A stretch of 64,000 nt of DNA from Chiloscyllium plagiosum (Eukaryota), in the NCBI RefSeq assembly GCF_004010195.1, contig NC_057717.1:107547819-107611818 (forward strand), in the 5' to 3' direction. The translations under genes were made by a program, and so were the position numbers. This document shows positions 13,785 to 27,572 of this stretch, piece after piece (position 1 is the stretch's first letter; every line of letters begins with the position of its first letter). The notes under the pieces were generated by a model, which saw only the letters and a list, made by a program, of their open reading frames with translations, was not told where the DNA came from and searched no databases.

Positions 13785-14680
13785 AGTAGAGTGGTATACC
13801 ACAAGGATCTGTGGTAAGGCCTCAACTAGTCGCTATGTTTATTAATGACTTAGGATAGCATATTTGATAGCTATACATCCAGGTTTTCTGATGGAACAAA
13901 GTTCAGTGGCATAGTAAGTGGTGTAAACGGGAGCTGAAAGTTCAGAGGAGACACCGTTAGCTTGAGTGAGTGAACAGAAGTGTGGCATATGGATTTGAAC
14001 TGTGAAATCATCCATATTGGACCCAGAAGGGATAAATCCAAACAGTGGAGGACCAAAGAGATTCAGGGATATGTGTACACAAATTACATTTCAAAAGCTA
14101 AAGGTTACAGGAAAGGAACAATCAAGTACACTAATGAAATTTTAGTTTTAATTATGCAAGGGCTAAAATATTAAAGTTGAGTTGCAACTAAACAAAACCC
14201 TGGTTAGGCTGCATTCAGTGTATAGTTTTGGGCATTATACATTAGGAAATATTGGCATTGGATGGAATGGTCTGCAGGTTTACTGGAATGTTATGAGAGT
14301 TCCAAGGGTTCTTTTTTAAGGAGAGGTTACATAAACTAGGCTTCCATTTCTTGGTGGATATAAAGTTAAAGGTGATTTGTTTTTTTTTTAAGATTTGGTT
14401 CCCCATGGGAGACTGGTTAGCAAGATTAGATTCCATGGAATACAGGGAGAACTAGCCATTTGGATACAGAACTGGCTCAAAGGTAGAAGACAGAGGGTGG
14501 CGGTGGGGGGTTATTTTTCAGACTGGAGGCCTGAGAACAGTGGAGTGCACAGGAATCGGTGCTGGGTCCACTACTTATTGTCATTTATATAAATGGTTTG
14601 GATGTGAGCATATGAGGTATAATTAGTAAGTTTGCAGATGAAATCAAAATTGGAGGTGTAATGGACAGCGAAGAAGGTTA
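13785..14680 (+). mobile_element. Decayed CR1 RT fragments (two pieces)
   Basis: ORF 14395-14592 reads VPHGRLVSKIRFHGIQGELAIWIQNWL. Related CR1 debris lies at 15400-15640 and 15950-16070. Confidence 0.7.
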
Positions 14681-15058
14681 ATTTACATTGGACAAACAGG
14701 CAGAAAACTAGCCACCTGGATACTTGAATACTAACTAGCCACAAAACGACTTGACCTTCTCTCACTAGTATCTTTACATACAGATAAGGAAGGACACCAC
14801 TTCGACTGGGACAACACATCCATCTTAGGACAAGCCAAACAGAGATTCGCACGAAAATTTCCTAGAAGCATGGCATTCCAACTAAAACTCTACCAACAAA
14901 CACATTGAGTTAGACCCCATCTACCACCCCCTGAGAAAAAAGAACAGGAAATGACATCACCACAGGAAATAACATCACCAACCCAAAGAAGCCCAAACAT
15001 ATAAATAAAAAACAGGAATCATGTACAGTGCTTCGCCTGAGGCCCACTGAAGATGTTA

Positions 15059-15277
15059 GATCAGAATGGTACTGGAAAAGTGCAGCACGTCAGGCAGCAT
15101 CTGAGGAGCGGGAAAATCGACGTTTCGGGCAAAAGCCCTTCATCAGGAAGCCCTGGTGAAGGGCTTTTGCCCAAAACGTTGATTTTCCCGCTCCTTGGAT
15201 GCTGAATGACCTGCTGTGCTTTTCCAGCACCACTCTGATCTAAACTCTGGTTTCCAGCATCTGCAGTCCTCACTTTT
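15059..15277. mobile_element. Fold-back Penelope-derived element (family A) with a hammerhead motif in each arm
   Basis: About 90-bp inverted arms centred at 15148-15151. Flanking direct repeat GCCCACTGAAGATGTTA at 15042-15058 and 15278-15294. Confidence 0.85.
15118..15147 (-). ncRNA. Minimal type-I hammerhead ribozyme motif (family A), intact core
   Basis: Minus strand reads C-CTGATGA-A-GGGC-TTTT-GCCC-GAAAC-GTC-G. Confidence 0.8.
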
Positions 15278-15649
15278 GCCCACTGAAGATGTTACCTAGT
15301 AGGGCAGACAAAACGCCTGGAAATGAACCTTCCAGCTCAGTTAGCAAACCTACATCCAGAACCTTAACCAGAGCTACAAATCTTCTCAAAACCCACTAGT
15401 AAAGAATAGTAATTGGAAAATTTGGGATTGAGGGTTGATAAATTTCCTGACCTGATGTTACTTGTAGCATACACAGCTGAGAATCAATGGATTTGATGTA
15501 TTTGGATTTTCAAAATGTGTTAGCTAAGATCTCAAACATGACGTTAGTAAATAAAATTAGGACACATTCGATTTGGGTCAAATATACTATTATGGATTGA
15601 CAATTGGTCAATAGAAAGCAGAGGGTGGGAATAATTTGATCATTCTCAG

Positions 15650-15948
15650 GCACGGCGGCATGGCGGCTCAGTGGTTAGCACTACTGCCTCACAGCACCAG
15701 GGACCCTGGTTCAATTCCCACCTCGGGCAATTGTCTGTGTGTGGAGTTTGCGCATTCTCCCAGTGTCTGCATGGGTTTCCTCCGGGCACTACGGTTTCCT
15801 CCCACAGTCCAAAGATGTGCAGGCCAGGTGAATTGGCCATGTTAAATTGCCCATAGTGTTAGGTGCATTCGTCAGAGGGAAATGGGTCTGGGTGGGTTAT
15901 TCTTCAGAGAGTCGGTTTCCACACTGAAGGGAATCTAATCTAATCTAA
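15650..15948 (+). mobile_element. HE1-like V-SINE
   Basis: tRNA head, V-domain and (AATCT)n tail. Confidence 0.85.
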
Positions 15949-16077
15949 TAGGATGTTACACCTGGGGTCCCATAAGGATCAATGCTAGGACTACAACAAT
16001 CCATGTCAATGATTTGAATATGAAGACTAATTGTAATATTTCCAAGTTTGCTGATGACACCAAACTGCAAGGGAATT

Positions 16078-16490
16078 TAGAGTCACAGATCTCAGCACAG
16101 AGAAAGGTCCTTTGGCCCATCACCTCCATGTCAAACAAAAACAACCATCCCATTTTCCAGCACTTGGCCCATAATTGTGTACCCCTTGGCTTTGCAAGTG
16201 CATATCTATCTACTTCTTAAATGTTATGAGTTTCTGCCTCTACCACCCTTACACGCAATGAGTTCCAGATTCCCACTACCATCCAGGTGAAAAGTCTTTC
16301 TTCACAGGTTCTCCTTTCCTTGACATCGATACACCCCCATTCCCCTGCCCCCTCCCACTCCGTCATTGATTCCTCCATGAAGGGTAAAGGATTTTCCCCG
16401 TCGTTTCAATCTCTGCCCCTCATAATTTTACACGTTTCAATCATGTCCCTAGTCAGCCTCTCTGCCTCTTACAAAACACCCAGTCTGCAT
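16078..16490 (-). mobile_element. CR1 LINE 3' fragment
   Basis: Resembles the reverse complement of the other CR1 tails in the window. Confidence 0.6.
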
Positions 16491-16839
16491 AGGTTAAGCT
16501 TATGACTTACAGTTCAAGAAGGCTGCAAGATGCTTCAAAGCTTGAATTGGATGGACACTTCAACAGGCAAAGTTTGCTGAACCCGAGGGAAATTGGGGGA
16601 TTTGGAATTAGTGGATAGTTTTTTTGAAAGAGCTAACACGGATATGAGGGGCTGAATTCCCTCCCTTATATTGTTTGGGACTTGTAAAGGTTTTGCAGTG
16701 TTGGAGTTGAGATCCTATCAATAGCTTAGTTTTTGTAAGGCTGTATATTTGGAGGGTGCGGTTGTAACACTAGGGAATACATTCCAATAGAGTAACGGGA
16801 CAAGCTTGTGACACACCCCTCTCTGATAATTGGGCAGTT

Positions 16840-17044
16840 AGAATGTCAATCGGAGGGTCCACCAATCTCCAGGTACCTATTGGTTGGTCTCGCGATGTGG
16901 AACCCCCCCCTCGTTACTGATTGGACGGTCCCGCCCACAGATGGCATCGTGGATTTGTGACGGAGAGAGAGCGAGCGCGCGAGCGGCTGGAGCCGAGACC
17001 GGGACCGGGACCGGGACCCGCGGGAGGAGAAGGCGGCGGCCGCC
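16840..17044 (+). promoter_or_regulatory. CpG-rich, TATA-less promoter and 5' UTR of the distal first exon
   Basis: Densest CpG tract outside TEs. CCAAT at 16862, ATTGG at 16879 and 16920, GC box CCCGCCC at 16930-16936, TCTCGCGA at 16888-16895, then a CCGGGA-repeat leader. Confidence 0.75.
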
Positions 17045-17069
17045 ATGGCGGGTAGTGAGCAACTGCAAG
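17045..17069 (+). CDS. slc44a2: Putative distal alternative first coding exon of SLC44A2/CTL2 (MAGSEQLQ + first base of Gly)
   Basis: Perfect Kozak GCCGCCATGG at the end of a CpG-rich leader. Followed by donor AAG|GTCAGT at 17070. Ends in phase 1, compatible with exon 59993. The assignment rests on context and phase; the peptide is too short for homology. Confidence 0.65.
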
Positions 17070-17212
17070 GTCAGTTATTGTGTCTCCATGTGTCTGTCTG
17101 TTTTTTACAATCTACTCAGGGAGACCCGGGCTCCTGAACACATTACCCCCCCTCCCAGACCATGGACCCAGGACCTCACTCCCCAGACCATGGATCTCTC
17201 CCCACCCCACCC

Positions 17213-17816
17213 NNNNNNNNNNNNNNNNNNNNNNNNNNNNNNNNNNNNNNNNNNNNNNNNNNNNNNNNNNNNNNNNNNNNNNNNNNNNNNNNNNNNNNNN
17301 NNNNNNNNNNNNNNNNNNNNNNNNNNNNNNNNNNNNNNNNNNNNNNNNNNNNNNNNNNNNNNNNNNNNNNNNNNNNNNNNNNNNNNNNNNNNNNNNNNNN
17401 NNNNNNNNNNNNNNNNNNNNNNNNNNNNNNNNNNNNNNNNNNNNNNNNNNNNNNNNNNNNNNNNNNNNNNNNNNNNNNNNNNNNNNNNNNNNNNNNNNNN
17501 NNNNNNNNNNNNNNNNNNNNNNNNNNNNNNNNNNNNNNNNNNNNNNNNNNNNNNNNNNNNNNNNNNNNNNNNNNNNNNNNNNNNNNNNNNNNNNNNNNNN
17601 NNNNNNNNNNNNNNNNNNNNNNNNNNNNNNNNNNNNNNNNNNNNNNNNNNNNNNNNNNNNNNNNNNNNNNNNNNNNNNNNNNNNNNNNNNNNNNNNNNNN
17701 NNNNNNNNNNNNNNNNNNNNNNNNNNNNNNNNNNNNNNNNNNNNNNNNNNNNNNNNNNNNNNNNNNNNNNNNNNNNNNNNNNNNNNNNNNNNNNNNNNNN
17801 NNNNNNNNNNNNNNNN
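17213..17816. other. Assembly gap (N run); others at 40610-40628 and 51034-51207
   Basis: Runs of N. Confidence 0.99.
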
Positions 17817-19918
17817 CTTTTCTCTCCCCCCCCCACTGCCCTATTTATCTCCCAGCCCCCTTCCTCCCCCTCATTCCTAATGAAGGGCTTATGCCTGAAA
17901 TGTAGACTCTCCTTGGATGCTGCCTGACTTGCTGTGCTTTTCCAGTCCCACACTTTTCAACTCCAGGGTCTAAAACATTGTCCTCAGGACCACACTGCAG
18001 AACCAGGTTGTAAACCCCACCTAGGACCTCACTCCCCAAACCCCAGGGTCCAAACCTCAGCTCCAAGCCCCCAGGATCTTACTCCAGCTGAACCCCAACC
18101 CTCATGATCCAGAGGACTACACTCTGGCAACCGGTTCTTGAGGTCACACTCTATTTTCTGAACCTGAGGAATTGAAAGAATAATGTGAAGTGAGTCACAT
18201 TTTCCAAGACAAATGGAAGACTCAGTTCTTGAGTGAAAATTGAGAATGTCACTTGTTTTGCAGTCAGAACAGTATAGTGGAAAACATGTTGCTGGTTTAA
18301 TTTTCCTCAAAAATAAAAGTTCACATGAACATTCCCTGCATTAAATAAATTCAAAATGATGTTTTTAATCCATCAGGGTGCAATCAGATGTACGTTGTCT
18401 TGATTGTTTTCTACTGGGTCCTTTCCATTTTAAAGAAATCCACTGTATAATCTTGTTTTTTGACAGTTGGTAGATCTGTACTGCTGAGTATTTCTGACAA
18501 TTTTTAGGTTAATGTTTTTCTTGCTATGAGTTCTAGAAGTAAGTTTGTCAGCATTTCAATGAAAACGGATAATTAATATAGGTTCCAACTAGATACCTGG
18601 CCTGAAGTTCTTACTTGCTTTTCTCTGTTTGTATTTAAATTGAAAATCCTTTCTTTCTAATCTTTGGGACCTTTTGTGAAAAGTGACTTAGATCATTGAG
18701 CCGTTAAACTCCAAGTGCAGCAAACTGTAATGATTGGCCAATAGTGTTTCAACATGTCTCATCTGGCTTTTAAATATTGAATACACCATATATACCACAA
18801 GCCTTCCTATTTGCTTAGTCATTAACTACTGTTAACATTGAAGAAAATGTAACTTTTCATACAGGAGAATTAACTGATAAGCTGAAATATGACCATGCGA
18901 AATACAGTTGGTTTCCTGGGAGTTTGCATTACTCCCCTCAGTGTAGTTAGATTTCAAAGATCATTGTTCTGATGTTTTGAGCTACGTGGACGTAAATTTT
19001 CCAAGATGGACTTTATTGAAATGTTTCTAATTTAGGATGGCTACCATTTGTAGTTTTCTTCCATCCCCTGAATGAATATCAACTGGAGATGATGGTATCC
19101 GTATTAATCAGTTGTATCTATTCCTGTGAAGAATTGCTTAGCTTCACTCTGGCATCAGTGCTATCATGAAGAGAGATTGTATTCCTGTCCAGCCTCACCC
19201 CTCAGGATTTTATTAACATGTGTAATACCTGGTGAAGGTAGTCACTGTAATCTGGCCAGAGATCTCAGTCACCCCGTCTGCTGTTAAGATTTAGATTAAT
19301 TTGTTGTATCAGATTTCTTACTGTCCTAAAGGTGCAGTTTCCTGTTGATGTTCAATTGCACTGATGTCAGCTTCCCTACCATATGTCATCCAAGTGACCA
19401 ATCTTCAAATGTCAGTCTGAGGTTTTACTATGGAGACATCATAGCCAGGTCCAGTCATGTTTTTCCTCATGTTCATACATTTACACTTCCAGTAACTGAT
19501 AACTGAATAGTGACTGGGAACAGATATCCTGGTTGACTTTTTCCAATTCCTAGAGCTGCACTGTTGTGCCCCTACCCTGCCTTGGTTAAGATTTGCTAGC
19601 AATCTAAATTAAAGCTCAAACATTAGCAAAGACGTAACTGAAATGACAATTGTGTTGACTGGTGGAATGTCACTCGTTCAAGATTATTTTGTGATCTCTG
19701 CATGATCATAGTATTACTGGGAGTTTGAGAACACAGCGTTCAGAATATTATCCAAAAAGGCATGTAAATTCCAGGTTATTCAGAATTAATGTTTGGAGCC
19801 AGTCAACTTGGCTCTGATCTGTTATTGTGTTGAGGTACAACTTGAGCTGTAGCTGGTATTTTGACAGTATATTCAATATTTTGTCAGTGTTCCCAGGTAG
19901 GGATCAGATTGAAATTAG

Positions 19919-20080
19919 CGCTGAAAGTGTGTTGCTGGAAAAGCGCAGCAGGTTTCCTGAAGAAGGGCTTATGCCTGAAACGTCGATTCTCCTTTCCCTG
20001 GATGCTGCCTGACCTGCTGCGCTTTTCCAGCAACACATTTTCAGCTCTGATCTCCAGCATCTGCAGACCTCACTTTCTCC
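19919..20080 (+). mobile_element. Short fold-back Penelope-derived element (family A) with 15-bp TSD
   Basis: TCAGATTGAAATTAG at 19904-19918 and 20081-20095. Inverted arms GCTGAAA.TGTGTTGCTGGAAAAGCGCAGCAGGT / ACCTGCTGCGCTTTTCCAGCAACACA.TTTCAGC. Confidence 0.85.
19957..19984 (+). ncRNA. Minimal type-I hammerhead ribozyme motif (family A), intact core
   Basis: CTGAAGA-A-GGGC-TTAT-GCCT-GAAAC-GTC. Confidence 0.75.
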
Positions 20081-21769
20081 TCAGATTGAAATTAGTATAT
20101 CTGGCTAATTTTGATGTGATAATTCAAGTGTATAAGTTGTTATGATCAACATAATTTTCTTAATACTCACTGATAACATGATGCAGAAACCATAACAGAA
20201 ACAAAGATATTTTGTTTGTTGGTTAATCAGTTAGTTATCCACAATATAGGACCAGGCTCTGTCAGCCTCTTGAGCTTGTTCTGCCAAACAGTTAGATTTG
20301 TACCTCAGCTTAATTTACCTGTCTTTGCTACATATTCTTTATCCTTAGGCTGTGTAGATCTCTTGATCTCGGTCCCAGCTGTTTCAGTTGAACTCCAGGA
20401 TGCAGAGCTATTTTAGGGTGAGAAAATGTTAGGTTCTCTCAACTTTTTCTGTGAAGAAGTGGATCACTCCTTGATTGTCTAGTTTTAAGAGTATTCCCTT
20501 TTTCTTGATTGACTAACCAGAGGAAATAGTTCTTCTTTACCTTTATGGGTGCTGTGCTTTTTATCATCATAAATAGTTCACATTGATCACTTGTCAACCA
20601 TCCTAACTCGAATGCAAACCAGGATTCCAGTTTATAGCCAGACAGCTGTGTTATTAAACACTTGGAGAGAGGATCTTGTCAGTGGCCACTGGAATTAAGT
20701 TAATTGCAAGCCTCCAACACAAATTGAGCAATTAATTTTATTATTTAATTTGAAAATTTAGTAGAAATATTTTGACAGGCAAAATGTTTAAACAGAGTTG
20801 TTAGTGTAATGCCTTACCGCACCTTTTAGATACCTCTGTTTGCTTTAGCTATGGGAGTTCTATCCGATTGTAGTTAGTCAGTTTGTTCATCTGGAAAATG
20901 ATGTTTCCCACAATAGACAATTTCCTGGGTTCTGTTTCAGACTCTTGGCCTGCATTATAACCATCTGAGAGAGAAGACGTGAGTGCAGCTAAGTGAGGCT
21001 CATTAAATAGTGCCTTTAATATAAGGTAAACTGAAAACCAGCTTGTTTCAAAGATAAGTGAAACTTTTACTTGGGTTGCATTGAATAAAGAAAGTCAACT
21101 AACATCACTAAAGTGGTAACAGAGTTATCTTGTTAAATATTACAGACAATTTATGGTTAACTGGGAATATTAACATCTGTGCTTGTTTTTCTTCTTGAGT
21201 ACTGGGCGTGACAGACATCTGTACTGAAACAGTTGAGACAAAATACTGAAAGCTGTTGATAATTGTCTGTACCTGCCTTTGGTATCTACTTTGGTGCCAG
21301 GAATGACTGTGTAGTGCAGGCAACAAGTTTCTACCTGCCTTGTTTGTTGCAGCAAAATTACATCCGGAAACATGTCTTTGCCTTCAGTTGTTAAATCATC
21401 CAGATTTTTCCTTGAGTCACCCTCAATCATCGATCCTTGCCCAAACTGAATGAACAAAACAACACTTCAGACCTAGATTTCAGTTGAGCATGCAGGCTGG
21501 GACAGTTAACTCAAACTAAGGGGAATTGTTCATAACAAGCATCCTGTACTTCTCTGTTCCCAAAGAAGTTCATCTTGCTTCTTTGGAGATGCAGTTACTA
21601 TTACAAAGGGCAGCTGAAGAAAGCAAGAATTACAGAAGGAAGATTTTTTTCAAAAAAAAATGTGGAATGGATTACTGCTATGAATGGTGGAACCAGAAAC
21701 CACAGTTGTGTTTTAGACAGAATTCAGCACATTCTTTCCGACAAATAAAATTCTAGGTTCTTCAAACTT

Positions 21770-24700
21770 AGAACTGTACAGCACAGGAACAGGCTCTTCG
21801 GCCCATGTTGTACAGTACATGATGCCAAATTTAAACTAATCCCTTCTGCCTTTGGTCTATATTCCTCCCTTCTTTGCTTATTCATGTGCTTATCTAACAG
21901 CCCTTTAAATGCCTCTGACAGCACCTTGAACAGTGCCTTCCAGACTCACCACTCTTGTGCAAAACAAAATTGCCCCACATTTTCTTTGATTCTCTCTGCC
22001 TCCATCGCTCAAGTGAAAACATCCTAGTTTTTCTAGCCTCTCCTTATAGTTTATACTCTCTAATCCAGGCAGCATCCTGGTAAACCTCTTCTGCACCCTC
22101 CCGAAAGTCTCCACATCCTTCTTGCAATGTGGCCACTTGAATGCAACTCAACACTCTAACTGCCTAACTAAAATCTTTTAAAGCTTCAACATGACATCCT
22201 GACTCTTGTCCTTAATGCCCCAGCCAGTAAAGGTAAGCATGTCATTGGATGCCTTTACCACCCTATCTACTTGCATGGCCACTTTTAGGTAGCTATGGAT
22301 TTGAACCTCATGATCCCTCTATACGTCAAGTCTGGTCGGGGTCCTGCCATTAACTGTATACTTTCCTTCATATTTGATCTCATAAAGTGCAACATCTTAT
22401 ACTTGCCAGGATTAAATTCCATCTGCCATTTCTACATCTATATTTAAACTTATCCTTATCCTGCTATATCCTTTGACAACGTTTTACACTATTCACAAAT
22501 TCACTGAACTTTGTGTCGTCTGCAAACTTACCAATCCATCCCTCTGTTTTCATCCAAGTCACATAAACAGCAGAGGTCCCAGTACGGATCCCTACAGAAC
22601 ATCACCAGTCATGGACCTTCGGCCAGAAAAACACCCTTCCTCCACTACTGACTTTTCTGGGCAAGCCAGTTCTAAATCCAAGCAGCCACGTCATCATGGA
22701 TCCCATGCATCTTAATCTTCTGGATGAGCTGACCTTGTTGAAAGCCTTACTAAAATCCTTGTGGACAAGATCCATTGCTCTATCCTTAGTCATCTCCTGA
22801 AAATTCACTCAAGTTAATAAGATATGGCTGGCCCTGCACAAAGCCATGCTGATTGCCCCCAATTGGGCCATGCTCTTCCAAATGGGTGTAAATCCTCTCC
22901 AGTAGCTTCTTAGCCACTGAGGTGAAACTCACCGGTCTATAGTTTCCTTGATTATCCCTATTTCTCTTCTTGAGCAGTGGAATAACATTAGCTACTTGCC
23001 AGCCCTTCGGGACCTCTCCAGTGACTAGCGAGGAGACAAAACTCTTGGTCAAAGTCCCAGCCCCTATCAATAACCTGGGGCAAGTGCCATCGAGCACTGG
23101 GATCCTATCTACATTAATGTTCTTCAAGAGACCTAACACCACTTCTAGATCTCAAACTGCCCTATCATATTAGTGTGCCCCACACTAATCTTGCTGTCTT
23201 CCATGTCCTCCTTGAGTGAATACTGACACACAGTACTCATTGAAGATCTGACCCACATCTTCTGCCTCCAAGCACAAGTTCCCTTCTTTATCCTGGAGTG
23301 GTCCTACCCTCTCCCTAGTTATCCGCTTGCTTTTAATATATGTATAGAATGCCTTGGGTTTCTCTTTCACCCTACTTACCAAGGTCATTCCACGGCCCTT
23401 TCTTGCTCTCCTAATTGCCTCCTTGAATACTTTCCTACTTTCTTTATATTCCGCAAATGCTCTGTCCAATTTTTAGCTTCCTGAACCTTACATATGCATT
23501 TTTTATTTTTGACTAAATTCACAACCTCCCTCATTATCCATGAGTCCTATACCTTGCCATCCTTGTCCTTTCTTCTTACTGGATCATGCCAGTCCTGAAC
23601 TCTGATCACAACTTTAAACAACTCCCAAATGTGAAATGTGGACTTGCCCGATAACAGCTCCTCCCAATTAACATTCCCTATCTCCTGCCTAATACTACTG
23701 ACTAAGTTTGCCCTCCTCCAATTTAGTACCTTCCCACAAGGTCCTGACTCATCCTTTATTCATAGTTTTCTTAAAATTTAAGGAGTTATAATCACTATTT
23801 CCAAAATGCTCTCCCACTGAAAGGCCAGTCGTCTGGTTAGGCTCATTAGCCAATACAACATTCAGTATGGCACCTCCTCCATTTGGACTATCTATTTACT
23901 GTTTCAAGAAACCCCCTTGAATTCTGCCCCATTTAAGCCTTGTGTTCTAAGGAAGTCCAGTCAATCTTGGGGATGTTAGTCACCCTGTTGTTTTTGCATT
24001 TTTTCATATTCTGCCAACATATCTGTTCCTAGATGTCCTGGTGGCTGTTAAGAGGGCCTATGCTATAGTCCCATCAGAATGATTGTACCTTTCTTGTTTT
24101 TGAGCTGTACCCATATTTCCTCAGTAGATGAGCTTTCCAGTATGTCCTCTGAGTGCAACTGACATTCTCCCTGATAAATAATGTAACACCTCCAACTCTT
24201 TTACCTCCTTCCCTATCGCGTCTAAAACAATAAAAACCTTGCAGCTTTGAGTAAACACTCTTATCCAGATCTCTGTAATGGTCACAACATCATAGTCTCA
24301 TGTGCTGACCCAGACTCTAAGCTCATTTGCTGACCCATAATACTCTGAGTTGAAATAAATATACTTTAGCCCATTAGTACTATCGTGTTTATTAACCTGT
24401 CTCTGCCTGTCTTTTCTTTCTGTTTTCTGGTCCTAATATCTACCTTCCCCTCAATCCCTCCAATTGCTGACCTGCTGCTTTGATTCCAAGCCCCCGCCAC
24501 TCGAGTAGAAATCCTTCAGAGTCGCATTAGTGAACCTCCCTGCAAGGATTTTGGTTCCCCTTCAGTTTAGGTGCAACCCATCCTTCTTGTACAGGTCCAT
24601 AAGACCATAAGACATAGGAGTGGAAGTAAGGCCATTCGGCCCATCGAGTCCACTCCGCCATTCAATCATGGCTGATGTGCATTTCAGCTCCACTTACCAG

Positions 24701-25190
24701 CGTTCTCCCCGTAGCCCTTAATTCCTCTAGACAACAAGAATCTATCAATCTCGGCCTTGAAGACATTTAGCGTCCCGGCTTCCACTGCACTCCGTGGCAA
24801 TGAATTCCACAGGCCCACCACTCTCTGGCTGAAGAAATGTCTCCGCATTTCTGTTCTGAAATGACCCCCTCTAATTCTAATTCTGGGGTAGGTCACCCCT
24901 ACCCCAGAAGAGGTCCCAAAGATCTAAGAACCTGAAACCCTGTTCCCTGCACCAGCTTCTTAACCATGCATTCATCTCTCCTGTCTTTCTATTCCTTGCC
25001 TCACTGGCGTGTGGCACTGATAGTAATCCAGAGATTGCTACTCTAAAGGTCCTACTCTTTAGCCTTTTTCCTAACTCGCTGTCCTCACTACACAGGATCT
25101 CATCCCTCTTTCTACCAATGTCATTGGTACCATTGTGCACAACGACCTCTGGCTGGTCACCCTGTCCCTTAAGAAATTTCATTTCTTAGG
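21770..25190 (-). mobile_element. Long decayed CR1 LINE (ORF1 esterase remnant plus ORF2), with a nested CR1 tail at about 24598-24880
   Basis: ORF 24877-25182 VVVHNGTNDIG (SGNH esterase); ORF 22786-23142 WQVANVIPLLKK..NYRPVS..NQHGF; ORF 22602-22808 DFSKAFNKV. Confidence 0.85.
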
Positions 25191-25227
25191 AATCCTTGGA
25201 GGGAATCCTGGGGATTGGAGGGCTGGA

Positions 25228-25515
25228 TAGAAACAAGGAGCAAGAGTAGGTCATTCGGCCCTTCAAGCCTGCTCTACTATTCAATATGATCATGGCTGAT
25301 CATCCAACTTAGTCCCCAGTTTCTGCCTTCTCCCCATATCCTGTTATTGCTTCAGCCTTGAGAATGATAATTAACTCCTTGGAAACATCCATTGTGATAG
25401 CCTCAGCCACTTTGTGACAGTGAATTCCACAGGCTCACCACATCCTTGGATGAACAAAGTTCTCCTCATCTCAGTCTTAAATGGCCTACCCTGTACCCTT
25501 AAACTGTGACCTCTA
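25228..25515 (-). mobile_element. CR1 LINE 3' tail
   Basis: Reverse complement of the tail type at 1-186. Confidence 0.7.
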
Positions 25516-25823
25516 AATATCCTCTAGTAAAAATCATATACATTGATATCATCAACCAGGAAGCATTATGGAACATCCTTCTCTGCTTTAGCTGCACCAT
25601 GAAGCTTGTCACTAAGACAACCCAAAGTATACTAATGAGTTAATTGGTTATTTTTGAAAATTGTTGCACTGGAGTCTAGGCCTAGTAGGTACCTTGAGTC
25701 CTTCTGCAACTGAAACTGCTGGAATTAATTGTAAAAACTGGGAAAGTAGGAGATCAGAGTTTGGCACTATTGTGTGGTTGTTCTCAGCTGATATCAGTCT
25801 TGAAGATAATACATTATAAAGAA

Positions 25824-26010
25824 GTGATTTGGAGGAGCTGGTGTTGGACTGGGGTGGGTAATGTTAAAAATCACAACACCACGTTATAGTCCAACAGGTT
25901 TATTTGGAAGTGCTAGCTTTGAAAGCACTGTTTCTTTATCAGGTCGAAAACTAGTGCTTCCAAATAAACCTGTTGGACTATAACGTGGTGTTATGTGATT
26001 TTTAACATTT
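25824..26010. mobile_element. Fold-back Penelope-derived element (family B)
   Basis: Inverted arms at about 25861-25918 and 25947-26009 (GTTATAGTCCAACAGGTTTATTTGGAAG / CTTCCAAATAAACCTGTTGGACTATAAC). Confidence 0.75.
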
Positions 26011-27572
26011 TTTTTACCCTGATTCTTTAGTTTTGGAAAATTTGGCTAATGTGAGTAAAATTGCACAGAAATGTAGAAATGAAATTTTAATCTTTGAGAG
26101 GATTATCTCAACACATCAGTAAATGTTTCAACTAAAGCTGGAGTGCTTATTGGTATTTCAGCAAAGGCTGTACCTGGATTAAGGACAGAGTGCTGGAGGG
26201 GCTCAGCAGGTCTGGCAGCATCTGTGGGAAAGAGAAACAAGACAATGTTACAAATATGGTTTGATTCTTTGGAATCGTCTGTATTATCTGGTTAGATTTG
26301 GGGGCAGGGAAAAAGCACTAAGTGGACGAAAATCATCCGTGAGGAAAGTTGAAATATTTGCCTTATGATAAAAGGCATTGCCTGTTGGTTTGCTCAACAT
26401 GCATTTCTTAATGTTTTCACTTAGGTTTTAATTGTGTTTTTTTTTTATACTTGGATATTGAAAGTGTTTGATCAAAGACTGCAGAGGGTGGGGATTTTGT
26501 ACATTTTACAGACAAACCCAACACTAGTCTCAGAAGGGTGTTCTTTCCCACTGAGCACCATTTTTTTTTCGCAGAAAGGTCAGGAGGAAATCATGAGCGT
26601 CGATGTAACCCACAATTGGGTTACAGAGAATTAATGCTTGTCAATTGGGAACTTGGTGTTATTTCTGGTGGGGACTAGATTTCAGTTCAGCCCAGAAGAA
26701 AGCCCTGATGACTAGGTTTTCTGATTTGTTCTCAGCATTTGAGTGATGTTGACATGATCAGAAGTTTTAATTTCTCACTTTTATGGTGGAGAGCCTCACC
26801 CTGAATAACTGTGTCTGGTTCTGGGTGGGTGGAAGGGGGGGAATATCCAGATCTCTGATCCTGTGATGATAGAACAGCATGCATTCAAATTGGGATGTGA
26901 TATTTCTAGGAAGTTGAGATTACTGTCCAACTATAGTTACAATGTTCATTAGGGTAAAGGGAAATAATTTCAGGGCACCATTCTTTTACTATCGAGGTGA
27001 CTGCTTATATTTCCAGTCTATAAGGCCTGTTTCCAATTGCTGAGCTCTGGTTTTACTCCCTGTCGAGTTACCTCGCTCCATTCTGCTGGGTCATTTCAGT
27101 GGAAGTAGGATTGACCAACAGGACTCCCCAGCCGCATGTGATAAGTGATCAGGATCTGGCAGGACCTCAAGTCTGATTAAATGAGGCTGATAAGGATTTC
27201 CCTGTTGATGTCTAGTTTCCAGTGGCATTGGTGACTACTGTGGACACCCAACTGCAGGCCAGGATAGGGGAACAGTCTAGTGACATGTCCTGGAAGATGA
27301 AACTAATTTTTTAATTAATGATTTTAAAAACTCTTGGAAGAAGGCATCCACATTGAAACACACACACTGACTTACCGTTCCTTACAGCCTGCTGCTGCTG
27401 CTGTCAAGCTAAGAAATGCCTGATTGGTCCTGCAGTTTAGAGACCTCCCTCTCCCCCACCCAGTACCTTTTAAGATGACTTGGAATCTAGCTTCATGCCA
27501 CTTAATGGGATGGCATCAGGAAAATTCCAGCGAGCAGGAGACTCTTCCCAAGGCCAGTTCAAGATATAGAAA

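Larger units (their letters stand above)
14682..15398 (+). mobile_element. Penelope-like element 3' part (family C) with GIY-YIG remnant, interrupted at 15059-15277
   Basis: Translates as YIGQTGRKLAT at 14684. Its 3' region is homologous to 30575-31013 and 63750-63890. Confidence 0.8.

Noticed and set aside
16884..17953. Long ORFs of 247-347 aa
   Set aside because: Artefacts of translating through the N gap. The same applies to ORFs crossing 40610-40628 and 51034-51207.
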